From positions 1 to 64,000 of the IMG/VR virus record IMGVR_UViG_3300022745_000001: a stretch of 64,000 nucleotides of DNA; one strand, given 5' to 3'. Below, piece by piece: positions 41,239 through 48,866 of the stretch. This DNA comes from a virus. The notes beneath the pieces were generated by a model. It was not told where the DNA came from, searched no databases, and saw only the letters and a list, made by a program, of their open reading frames with translations. The translations under genes were made by a program, and so were the position numbers. Positions within the stretch are counted from its first letter, which is position 1. Each line of letters begins with the position of its first letter.

Positions 41239-42114
41239 ATGAGCAATTTCAATTTGAATTCCGTCGCAATGCTTTGTGAGTTCAACGCCAGCGTGTGGAC
41301 AGCACGCAAGCTGGATCGCAAGAAAAGCGATGACGTGGTGAACGGTGCAGGTGCCAAGGCCAAGGGCGCTGCGCGTGTGAACAAGAACCTGCTGGCCGGT
41401 CGTGGTGAACTGGAGGCAATCGGCTCGCTGGTGGGTGAGGCTCGCACCTATGTGTACGAGAACACAACGCCGTGGTCTGACGCAGGCCAGCGACTAATCA
41501 TCACAGCACGTTTGCCTAAGTTCGATACCCGCATCGAGGACTACAAGAGCAGGTTCAATCTGCTGGTTGACGACTTCGTGAACCTGTACCCGACACTCAT
41601 CACGGCGCAGGCAATGGCGCTGGGTGATATGTTCGACCGCTCCGAGTTCCCCTCGGCCAGCGAGATTCGCCACAAGTTCGCTATGTCGTGCGACTACATC
41701 CCAGTGCCCGCCGCTGGCGACATCCGTGTGGACATCGGCAACCAAGCGCAGGACGAGCTGCGTGCACGACTGGAGGCAACCAGCAACACGCGACTCAACA
41801 AGGCTATGGCTGACGTGACCGAGCGCTTCGTGGGCCACCTGCGCCGCATGGCCGACCGCCTTGTGACCGAGAAGGACAAGAACGGCGAGGACAAGAGCCG
41901 CCGGTTCACCGAGACGCTGGTGTCCAGTGCCTTCGAGCTGTGCGACCTTGTGCGTGACTACAACGTCACGGGCGACCCGGTGCTGGGTGAGGCACGCAAG
42001 GCGCTGGAGTCTGCGCTGACAGGCGTGACGGTGGTCACACTGCGTGATGACCCAATAAAACGCGAAGAGGTGCGCGTGGCTACCAACACCATCCTGAGCA
42101 AGTTCAAGTTCTAA
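41239..42114 (+). CDS. DUF3150-like protein (tentative)
   Basis: 291 aa. The N-terminal pattern FNASVWTARKLDRKKSDDV...TPWSDAGQRLI...RFNLLVDDFVNLYP matches my memory of that family. No search was run. Confidence 0.35.
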   Translation: MSNFNLNSVAMLCEFNASVWTARKLDRKKSDDVVNGAGAKAKGAARVNKNLLAGRGELEAIGSLVGEARTYVYENTTPWSDAGQRLIITARLPKFDTRIEDYKSRFNLLVDDFVNLYPTLITAQAMALGDMFDRSEFPSASEIRHKFAMSCDYIPVPAAGDIRVDIGNQAQDELRARLEATSNTRLNKAMADVTERFVGHLRRMADRLVTEKDKNGEDKSRRFTETLVSSAFELCDLVRDYNVTGDPVLGEARKALESALTGVTVVTLRDDPIKREEVRVATNTILSKFKF

Positions 42115-42129
42115 CCAAGGAGAGATGAT

Positions 42130-42591
42130 ATGAAACTCGTTAAGTACCAGAAAGAAGCAATCGTCAAAGCCATCATGGCAGACGTACCCCGTGTAGATGA
42201 GAATGCCCGCATCAAGGAGGTGCAGCAAAAGCTCGTGGCGGCTATGTCGAAAGAGGCACAGACGCTGTACGCCGTGCGACCCAAGGCGCTGCGCACGCAG
42301 TGGCTGGCAAGCTATGACATCAACACGGATCGGCGCGGGCAGGACTTCATCGTGGGCGATGCGGACGTGGATAAGGTCATCGCCGTCTACAAGGAAGAGC
42401 AGAACGTGCGCAGCAAAGCACACAACAAGTTGAGCATGGCTGTCCACGCCTGCACCACGCTGAAGCAACTGCACGACCGCCTGCCTGAGTTCAAGAAGTA
42501 TTACCCGACTGAGGCGCAGCCCAACAAGAATGTGCCCGCGCTCATGGATGTGGCAGCAGACCTGTGCAAACTCGGCTGGCCCAAGAAATGA
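42130..42591 (+). CDS. hypothetical protein
   Basis: 153-aa ORF behind AAGGAGAG. Confidence 0.65.
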   Translation: MKLVKYQKEAIVKAIMADVPRVDENARIKEVQQKLVAAMSKEAQTLYAVRPKALRTQWLASYDINTDRRGQDFIVGDADVDKVIAVYKEEQNVRSKAHNKLSMAVHACTTLKQLHDRLPEFKKYYPTEAQPNKNVPALMDVAADLCKLGWPKK

Positions 42592-42803
42592 AAATCAAAG
42601 TAACTGGATTCTTCTTCGAGAAGAAGTGGGTTGCGGTGGTGCGTAATCTTGACGACATCGCATACTCCGGTAGCAACATGACTAAACGCGTGCTGGATCG
42701 CTACGAGTTCCCGGCTGATTCGATGAGCAAGAAGCAGCGGGACAAGTTCAAACTGACAATGCGCAAGATGTGGGAAACCCGTATTCAACTGGAGCAGTCA
42801 TGA
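42588..42803 (+). CDS. hypothetical protein
   Basis: Start at MKIKVTG (ATGA overlap), inside track ORF 42564..42803. Confidence 0.55.
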   Translation: MKIKVTGFFFEKKWVAVVRNLDDIAYSGSNMTKRVLDRYEFPADSMSKKQRDKFKLTMRKMWETRIQLEQS

Positions 42804-42949
42804 TTCCGACAAATTTATTGCAGTGGAGTAAGGACGGTGTGTTGCAGCAGTGGTGGGTTCAGCCCTCCTTGCTGCGCTACTCACCGGCAGAAGTGGAGGC
42901 CATCGCATGGGGCGGTGGCGAATGGCGTGACATACCAAAGGAGAAGTGA
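42800..42949 (+). CDS. possible 49-aa Trp-rich peptide
   Basis: ATGA overlap. MIPTNLLQWSKDGVLQQWWVQPSLLRYSPAEVEAIAWGGGEWRDIPKEK. Confidence 0.4.
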   Translation: MIPTNLLQWSKDGVLQQWWVQPSLLRYSPAEVEAIAWGGGEWRDIPKEK

Positions 42950-42950
42950 G

Positions 42951-43697
42951 ATGAGTAAAGCAAAAGTGATCCATGAGTACCTCCAGTCGCATCCCGATGC
43001 GCTGGTGGCCGACATCGCAAAAGCGACAGGCCTAGTCAACAGCGACATCGCAGCGCGGCTGTGTGGGCTGCGGGACAAGGGCATAGCGGTGTCCACGGAG
43101 GCAGGGCGCAGCCTGTCCAACCGGCCCATCCTGCGCTGGTCGCTGACCGGCAAGACGTTCGACAAGCCCAAGCCTCGTGAACCTAAGCAGAAAGAATACG
43201 TATCCTCACAGCCGAACATCAGTCTGGATGCGTTAGTGGAGAGCATGGCCGAGGGGCTGGTGGCGGCGCTGGTGCAGAAGGTCAAGGCCAAACTGCCCGC
43301 CGCACTGGCCGGTGTCACGCCTGCGGCACACCTCACGCTGCCCGCTCCAGCCCCTGCGGCGGTGGCGCTACCTGCGCCTGAGCCCACCCCCGCACCACGC
43401 ACCTACAAGCCCGTCATCGGCGTTGTGGGCCTTCTGCCGCAGCAAGCCGGGGCGTTGCAGGAGAAGTTCGGCGGGTCACTGGACATCCGCTTCTGGAACG
43501 ATGGCGACGACAAGGGGCGGCTGCGCTCCATTGCCGACAACTGCGAGGCTGTGTTCCTGCACACACGCCACGCCGGGCACCATACCGACCAGATGCTGAA
43601 GACCTACAGCGCCAACCTGCGCCGCGTGACCGGCGGCACGAGCAACATGGAGGTGGCGATCCGTGGGTACTTTGTGAATAAGGAGACAGCGAAATGA
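42951..43697 (+). CDS. winged-helix DNA-binding protein with a C-terminal domain of unknown function
   Basis: Start at MSKAKVIHEYL behind AAAGGAGAAG. The N-terminus HEYLQSHPDALVADIAKATGLVNSDIAARLCGLRDKGIAV is MarR/wHTH-like. Confidence 0.55.
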   Translation: MSKAKVIHEYLQSHPDALVADIAKATGLVNSDIAARLCGLRDKGIAVSTEAGRSLSNRPILRWSLTGKTFDKPKPREPKQKEYVSSQPNISLDALVESMAEGLVAALVQKVKAKLPAALAGVTPAAHLTLPAPAPAAVALPAPEPTPAPRTYKPVIGVVGLLPQQAGALQEKFGGSLDIRFWNDGDDKGRLRSIADNCEAVFLHTRHAGHHTDQMLKTYSANLRRVTGGTSNMEVAIRGYFVNKETAK

Positions 43698-43789
43698 TCG
43701 AACGTGTTTTCTATGCCGTGACGTGGACGCTTGGCCTGATCGGCGCACCCATCGTCTTCCTCGTGTACCTGTTGGATTGGAGTAAATGA
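43694..43789 (+). CDS. possible 31-aa membrane peptide
   Basis: MIERVFYAVTWTLGLIGAPIVFLVYLLDWSK, with ATGA overlaps on both sides. Confidence 0.35.
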   Translation: MIERVFYAVTWTLGLIGAPIVFLVYLLDWSK

Positions 43790-44034
43790 TGCCGCAATTT
43801 GGAGTAAACACAACCCTTGAGGTGCATCTGTGTGAGGATGCACATGACGCCACTAAGCGTGGCTTTTTCTACCGCCCGCCTATCTTTCTGCCGATTGAGA
43901 TCGACAAGGTTGTGGTGGTGGATAAAGGCACAGTGGATGGTAATGCGACGGTCGATCTGGTGATGGTCGATGAGAAGGGTCAGAAGTACGTGTGCATGGT
44001 TACAGCTAACTTGTTGAGGAGTCTTCCGATATGA
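43786..44034 (+). CDS. hypothetical protein
   Basis: 82-aa ORF. Confidence 0.6.
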   Translation: MMPQFGVNTTLEVHLCEDAHDATKRGFFYRPPIFLPIEIDKVVVVDKGTVDGNATVDLVMVDEKGQKYVCMVTANLLRSLPI

Positions 44035-44246
44035 AACACTTACACACCAAGACATTGAAGGATGGTCGCCAGCACATCTTGATTGAACTCCAACCCGGAG
44101 AGGGCACTGGGATTCTTCACGTAGCGCCGCACAGCTTTTACAAGCTGGGCTACCCGCTGGATGACCAAATCATTGAGAGCCACCACCTTGCAGAAGTCAA
44201 GCGCGTGGCATGGGACGCTTACTCGCAAGAATGGGTGGACGTATGA
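44031..44246 (+). CDS. hypothetical protein
   Basis: 71-aa ORF with an ATGA overlap. Confidence 0.6.
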   Translation: MKHLHTKTLKDGRQHILIELQPGEGTGILHVAPHSFYKLGYPLDDQIIESHHLAEVKRVAWDAYSQEWVDV

Positions 44247-44596
44247 CAGACCTTGAAATCAGCAAAGCTCTTGCACTGGCGATTGGGTATCTGCCTGAGC
44301 ATGTACGCGAGTACGGTGTTGGCAGCAGCAACTACAACAGGGGCGAAGGCATCATCCAAGTCTTCCGTCACGACGGCGTGTATGGCGTTAATCGCACCGA
44401 GTGCAATTTCCTATGGAACGACTTTCGGTACACCACATGGAACGTCATCGGCCCGATAGCTGAACGCTTTGATGCGTTCCCTAAGAAACTGGCAAGCATG
44501 GAGGGTTGGTGGGCAGACGTGTTCGGTAAGGATGCACGGTTCGCAGACACCCCGCAGAAAGCCATCGCGCTTGCGGTGATTGGAGCGAAGCAATGA
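44243..44596 (+). CDS. DUF2591/NinX-like protein (tentative)
   Basis: Start at MTDLEISKALALAIGY (ATGA overlap), inside track ORF 44210..44596. Confidence 0.4.
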   Translation: MTDLEISKALALAIGYLPEHVREYGVGSSNYNRGEGIIQVFRHDGVYGVNRTECNFLWNDFRYTTWNVIGPIAERFDAFPKKLASMEGWWADVFGKDARFADTPQKAIALAVIGAKQ

Positions 44597-44805
44597 CACC
44601 AACCAATGAGTTGCGCTTTGTTGAGCGCACAGTACAGCTAGGCCCGTTCTATGTAACAACCGACAGTAACGGCAACCTGATACCTGCTACGCAAGGCTAT
44701 AAGGTTTTGCAGCAGAAGTGGCAGAAGATTGAATTCATTCACGATATGAATCGAGTTACTGCTGAAGAATGGCGCGATGTGCCACTAGTGAAGGAATTCG
44801 CATGA
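44593..44805 (+). CDS. hypothetical protein
   Basis: 70-aa ORF. Confidence 0.6.
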   Translation: MTPTNELRFVERTVQLGPFYVTTDSNGNLIPATQGYKVLQQKWQKIEFIHDMNRVTAEEWRDVPLVKEFA

Positions 44806-45368
44806 ATGATGCAGAACGCATAGCCCAATGGCTTGAATCGAGGCCAAGCCTTTACGTTGGTGTGTCACAAGCAGCAGCACTACTCCGTAGCCAAGCGGCT
44901 GAGATTGAAGGATGGAAAGCCGACCAGAAAGAGAACCTGCGTAATCAGTGTGACTTACATGCTGAGATTGAGCGGCTGAAAGCAGAGTCCAACGAAATGG
45001 CGCTGATCGGTGTGCGGAGCGTGGCTGATGTTCTTGAACTCCGCGCAGAGAACGAACAACTGCGTGAGTCATTAGCAGACTTTGCAAGCGCAGCGGTCTC
45101 TTTGCAGAGACAGGTTGAATCACCAAAGCAGGAGCAAGCGGAGCCGGTGGCGTGGATGACTGAAAAAGGTGATGTTTACAACGTAGAGCAGTGCGGAAAT
45201 GTTATTGACCCTAGCCATACGCCGCTCTACACCGCACCCAAAGGCCAAACCGAGTTGCTGCGGCAGGCTATGGAAGCGTTGGAGCATAGCTTTATGAAGG
45301 ACGACAAGTTCGACAAGATGAACGCATCCATCACCGCAATCAAACAGCACTTGGGGGAAGCAACATGA
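44802..45368 (+). CDS. hypothetical coiled-coil protein
   Basis: Start at MNDAERIAQW (ATGA overlap), inside track ORF 44769..45368. Confidence 0.6.
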   Translation: MNDAERIAQWLESRPSLYVGVSQAAALLRSQAAEIEGWKADQKENLRNQCDLHAEIERLKAESNEMALIGVRSVADVLELRAENEQLRESLADFASAAVSLQRQVESPKQEQAEPVAWMTEKGDVYNVEQCGNVIDPSHTPLYTAPKGQTELLRQAMEALEHSFMKDDKFDKMNASITAIKQHLGEAT

Positions 45369-45577
45369 TCAGCGAATTCGACCACCCCGATCACGGATGG
45401 AAGTGGACACGCCTTGAAGTTGAGTTCATCAACAAGAAGCTGAAAGAGGCGTACGACAAGGGCTACAAGCACGGCGCATCTGGCAATACCACCAACGATC
45501 CCGCTGAAATTCGCAGGGTCTTTGAACTGGACGATGCCGAATACCCGCCGCCTGAATCGGGGTTTATGAAGCTATGA
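45365..45577 (+). CDS. hypothetical protein
   Basis: 70-aa ORF. Confidence 0.6.
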   Translation: MISEFDHPDHGWKWTRLEVEFINKKLKEAYDKGYKHGASGNTTNDPAEIRRVFELDDAEYPPPESGFMKL

Positions 45578-45855
45578 GCGCCGCGCCTATCAGCCTTGAG
45601 CGCTACAAGCGGTGCATACGCGCCGTGTATGACGCACTCAAAGACAGCGATGGTCTTACTGCATACGAGCTGGAGAAGGAAACGGGGTTTCCCCGCAGCA
45701 CCATCCGGTTCGCGCTGGATGACAATCTGCTGTTCTACGTTGATCGTTGGAAGCTCACACGCAAGCACTACGCAACGCAGGTGTGGTGCGCCGCAGAGAT
45801 GAAGCGTTACGACGACTGCCCACGACCGGAGAGTATGAATGACACACACAATTAA
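45574..45855 (+). CDS. small winged-helix-like DNA-binding protein
   Basis: 93 aa. YDALKDSDGLTAYELEKETGFPRSTIRFALDDN. Confidence 0.45.
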   Translation: MSAAPISLERYKRCIRAVYDALKDSDGLTAYELEKETGFPRSTIRFALDDNLLFYVDRWKLTRKHYATQVWCAAEMKRYDDCPRPESMNDTHN

Positions 45856-46039
45856 CCGCGACAAGACCGCCGCCGTTGCGACCGACTACTACTGGATACC
45901 CATCACCAAGGACACGCCGCGAGGCGTGAAGCTGCAACTGTTGGGTATCGGTGGTGTCGCCGCCTATGGAATCTGGGATGGCAAGTCCCAGTTTTTTACG
46001 CACTGGGCACCATTGCCCAAGAAGCCCTATGATGTATAA
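45839..46039 (+). CDS. DUF551-like protein (tentative)
   Basis: 66 aa. YYWIPITKDTPRG...THWAPLPKKP. Confidence 0.4.
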   Translation: MTHTINRDKTAAVATDYYWIPITKDTPRGVKLQLLGIGGVAAYGIWDGKSQFFTHWAPLPKKPYDV

Positions 46040-46281
46040 TGTTCAAAACTTTACAAACTTGGAGAAGTATGCTTACCTATGAAGTACACAACCGGGAGGA
46101 GTTGGTGGCGGCTATCAAAGCCGCATCGCAGCCCTCCTTTGCGGAGGCCCGCAACAACCCCGTGGTGATCAAGAACGGCAGCGCAACCTACCGTTTCAAG
46201 GAGGGGATTCAGGAAGACCGCGGCTTGAAGATCATCGCCAACATCCGTGCGACCACCAAGAAGGCGTTCGACATCGCATGA
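46039..46281 (+). CDS. hypothetical protein (alternative start 46069)
   Basis: TAATG overlap at 46039. A second ATG at 46069 follows GGAGAAG. Confidence 0.5.
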   Translation: MFKTLQTWRSMLTYEVHNREELVAAIKAASQPSFAEARNNPVVIKNGSATYRFKEGIQEDRGLKIIANIRATTKKAFDIA

Positions 46282-46484
46282 AAGCCAAAGACCAATGTTC
46301 ACCGTTCAACTGGCAGGGCAAGCCGTCTATCTTCACCACTGGCAACTGGAGGTCAGCCCAGAACTTCACAGGGGCGAACTCGACACGCTCGGCCAACCAG
46401 TCTCGGCTGGAGCCGCGCCCGACATACATCACCAGCGACTCGGTGTATCTTCGTGCCGCAACGCCCATGAGGCCCATGAAATGA
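46278..46484 (+). CDS. hypothetical protein
   Basis: 68-aa ORF with an ATGA overlap and G/C-rich third codon positions. Preferred over the overlapping track ORF 46247..46654. Confidence 0.45.
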   Translation: MKAKDQCSPFNWQGKPSIFTTGNWRSAQNFTGANSTRSANQSRLEPRPTYITSDSVYLRAATPMRPMK

Positions 46485-46654
46485 AAGACAGTGACGTACC
46501 CAACTTCGCAGCTTGGCAGACTGACACCCTCGCCAAGTATGCGCTGGAGCAGTACCTTCAGAACATCGAGCTGCGCAACGCGTTGGAGCAAGTCAGGCTG
46601 GACTTGCGTGACGCGATGAAAGAGCTTCGCAAACATCAGGACGACTGGAAATGA
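46481..46654 (+). CDS. 57-aa helical protein
   Basis: MKDSDVPNFAAWQTDTLAKYALEQYLQN..., with its ATG overlapping the upstream stop. It is the 3' part of track ORF 46247..46654. Confidence 0.45.
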   Translation: MKDSDVPNFAAWQTDTLAKYALEQYLQNIELRNALEQVRLDLRDAMKELRKHQDDWK

Positions 46655-46866
46655 TCGAAGACACCGAAGCCCTTGTGTGCGTTGACATCCGCTACCGCCA
46701 GCAGATGGGCATCAAGAAGTACGGCACTACGGTGGCAGGCAACAAGCTGACACAGCGCCAATGGCTGCAACACCACTACGAAGAGCTGCTTGACGCAGCA
46801 GTTTATGCCAAAAGACTTTTACAGGAGATGGACGATGAAACTGGACGGAATGCACGTAATGGTTGA
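46651..46866 (+). CDS. hypothetical protein (weak MazG-like helical pattern)
   Basis: 71 aa. ...QQMGIKKYGTTVAGNKLTQRQWLQHHYEELLDAAVY. Confidence 0.4.
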   Translation: MIEDTEALVCVDIRYRQQMGIKKYGTTVAGNKLTQRQWLQHHYEELLDAAVYAKRLLQEMDDETGRNARNG

Positions 46867-47353
46867 TCTGGAGACGCTGGGCACTGCGCCCGGCTCTGTG
46901 ATCATTTCTCTGGGCGCAGCCCAGTTCAATGAAGGTGGCGTGATCAGCACCTTCTACCGGCGCATTGATGCACAGTCTTGTGTACGCGCAGGCTTGACGA
47001 TGGACGCATCCACGGTGGAGTGGTGGATGAACCAGAGCGCCGATGCGCGTCATGTGTTCACCCAAAAGGGTGACGCGTTGCACGATGCGCTGCACGACTT
47101 CTGCGGTTGGTTCCCCAAGGGGGCATGCCTGTGGGGTAACGGCGCTACGTTTGACAACGTACTGCTCGACAGCGCGTATCGGGCAATCAAGCTGGATAAG
47201 CCTTGGCCCTATTGGGGCGACCGCTGCTACCGCACGGTGAAGGCTTTGTACAAACACATTGAGGCCGACCCGTTTGAAGGCGTGAAGCACAACGCGCTCG
47301 ATGACGCAGTACATCAGGCCCGCCACGTAGTGAAGATTGCAAATGACGCTTAA
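46835..47353 (+). CDS. DEDDh 3'-5' exonuclease (DnaQ-like)
   Basis: Start at MKLDGMHV behind AGGAG. Motifs VDLETLG, NGATFDNVLL and HNALDDAVHQA. Confidence 0.75.
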   Translation: MKLDGMHVMVDLETLGTAPGSVIISLGAAQFNEGGVISTFYRRIDAQSCVRAGLTMDASTVEWWMNQSADARHVFTQKGDALHDALHDFCGWFPKGACLWGNGATFDNVLLDSAYRAIKLDKPWPYWGDRCYRTVKALYKHIEADPFEGVKHNALDDAVHQARHVVKIANDA

Positions 47354-47561
47354 ACCCGTATCCCCTGTTGCGAAGCTGGATCGCAACGAAGTCCGTATCG
47401 TGCTTGAAGAAGCACTGTCGCAAGACTTCGAGCAGGTCTACATCATCGGCTTCAAGAACAAGCAGGCGCACTTCAAAGGCTCCAAGATCGACTCCAACAT
47501 GGAGGCTATCGGGGCGCTGGAGATGTGCAAGATGCAAATCTTTGAGGTGAGCGGACGATGA
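47343..47561 (+). CDS. hypothetical protein
   Basis: ATG 47343; the track start 47337 is a TTG. Confidence 0.55.
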   Translation: MTLKPVSPVAKLDRNEVRIVLEEALSQDFEQVYIIGFKNKQAHFKGSKIDSNMEAIGALEMCKMQIFEVSGR

Positions 47562-47887
47562 CCCCGGAAGCCAAGGTAAAGACAGCGGTGAAGCGCCTGC
47601 TCGTTGAGCGGGGCATCTACTACTTCATGCCGCCCGGCGTTGGCTATGGCCGCGCCGGGATACCAGACATCATCGCCTGCCCCAGCGGGCGCTTCTTGGC
47701 AATCGAATGCAAGGCTGGTAAGGGTAAGCCCACCGCGCTGCAAGAGCGCGAGATGCAGATGATCGAAGAATCAGGCGGGCTGGCTTTTGTGGCCCGCGAA
47801 AACAATATGGAAGAACTGTGCGACCTCATAGAACTAATCAAGGAAATGACATGGAAGATGAATTCAAAACACAACTCCTCGCCCTGA
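47558..47887 (+). CDS. VRR-NUC domain nuclease
   Basis: 109 aa. GIPDIIACPSGRFLAIECKAGKGKPTALQ (D...ExK core). Confidence 0.75.
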   Translation: MTPEAKVKTAVKRLLVERGIYYFMPPGVGYGRAGIPDIIACPSGRFLAIECKAGKGKPTALQEREMQMIEESGGLAFVARENNMEELCDLIELIKEMTWKMNSKHNSSP

Positions 47888-48105
47888 GCGAAGCGGAGCA
47901 GCACACGGTGCTGGCTATCGCCAGTGCAGCGGTGCGCACCATCAGCAGCGAGCGCGGCGCGATGATAGTCGTGTACGACGAAGAGGGCGATGGACAGGCC
48001 ATGCTGATGTCCTGTGGCAACCAGTTCATCGTCGGCCCGATGCTGGCAACAGCGCAGGCTATTGGTCGCCGCTTCTACGCAGACACGCCCGAGGTTGTGC
48101 AGTGA
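47851..48105 (+). CDS. hypothetical protein
   Basis: Start at MEDEFK behind AAGGAAATGAC; the track start 47818 is a GTG. Confidence 0.5.
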   Translation: MEDEFKTQLLALSEAEQHTVLAIASAAVRTISSERGAMIVVYDEEGDGQAMLMSCGNQFIVGPMLATAQAIGRRFYADTPEVVQ

Positions 48106-48353
48106 AAGTTACGTGGTACATCAGTGCCGACGCATGGCTGCAAGGCATCCTGTGCGGTCAGTTTCGCGTCGAGGAACGCGACAACTTCAGCGTGGTGCGT
48201 GATGCCCTACATGGCTACAACGCGCTGCGCGTGGACTGGGATGAAACAGACCCGCCACTTGTAAAAGACCGCATTGAGATAATGAACAACATGCTACTCG
48301 CAGTAGAGGTGCGCTACAACGACATGAAGGACAAACATGGCACAACCGTATAA
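48102..48353 (+). CDS. hypothetical protein
   Basis: 83-aa ORF. Its end overlaps the orphaned polymerase start. Confidence 0.6.
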   Translation: MKVTWYISADAWLQGILCGQFRVEERDNFSVVRDALHGYNALRVDWDETDPPLVKDRIEIMNNMLLAVEVRYNDMKDKHGTTV

Positions 48354-48375
48354 GACAATCCTGTGTTATCATTGA
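48337..48375 (+). pseudogene. orphaned original 5' end of the DNA polymerase gene (12 codons then stop)
   Basis: ATG GCA CAA CCG TAT AAG ACA ATC CTG TGT TAT CAT TGA = MAQPYKTILCYH*, compared with MSQPYKTILCIDYE at 48863. Six of the shared codons differ only at the wobble base. Confidence 0.7.
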
Positions 48376-48398
48376 TTTTCCAATATGTTGGGAATAAT

Positions 48399-48866
48399 AT
48401 GAAATCACATGGAGAAATAAAAAGAGTTGACGGGAAACGCGTGGCCTCACCGGAGTACCGTTCTTGGCAAATGATGAAAAACAGGTGTCTAAACCCAAAA
48501 GCCAGAGACTATCCGTACTATGGCGGGCGCGGAATCAAACTATGCAAACGTTGGTTGCAGTTTGAAAACTTTTTGGAGGATATGGGGCGCAGGCCAGACG
48601 CCATGTATACCCTCGAACGTCGGAACGGAGACAAGGACTACACCCCTAAGAACTGTTGCTGGGCGACACGCGAAACACAAGCGCGTAACCGAGAATATGC
48701 GGCTACGAAGGAGTGGGAACTGGCTGACAAGTTGCAAGTGTCAAGAGCTACCACGCGACACTATCTTTGGGTTTTGCGAAAGCTAGTACGCGGCACGCCG
48801 ACACGCTATAAATTGTCGGAAACAACAATCAACATCATCAAAACGCACATGGGAGATCGTTTATGA
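48399..48866 (+). CDS. HNH-family homing endonuclease (paralog of 36470..36979)
   Basis: Start at MKSHGEIK, inside track ORF 48363..48866. Pattern YRSWQMMKNRCLNPKARDYPYYGGRGIKLCKRW...ERRNGDKDYTPKNCCWATRETQARNRE. Confidence 0.7.
   Translation: MKSHGEIKRVDGKRVASPEYRSWQMMKNRCLNPKARDYPYYGGRGIKLCKRWLQFENFLEDMGRRPDAMYTLERRNGDKDYTPKNCCWATRETQARNREYAATKEWELADKLQVSRATTRHYLWVLRKLVRGTPTRYKLSETTINIIKTHMGDRL

Larger units (their letters stand above)
48337..48866 (+). mobile_element. HNH homing-endonuclease cassette inserted near codon 10 of the DNA polymerase gene
   Basis: Remnant 5' end, then the HEG ORF whose stop overlaps (ATGA) the regenerated polymerase start. Same architecture as 36375..36979. Confidence 0.6.

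Noticed and set aside
46247-46654. Single 135-aa ORF instead of two coupled small genes
   Set aside because: Its 5' half has poor third-position G/C bias compared with the overlapping 46278-46484 frame. The ATGA and ATG-overlap junctions fit the coupling pattern of the whole block. This remains uncertain.
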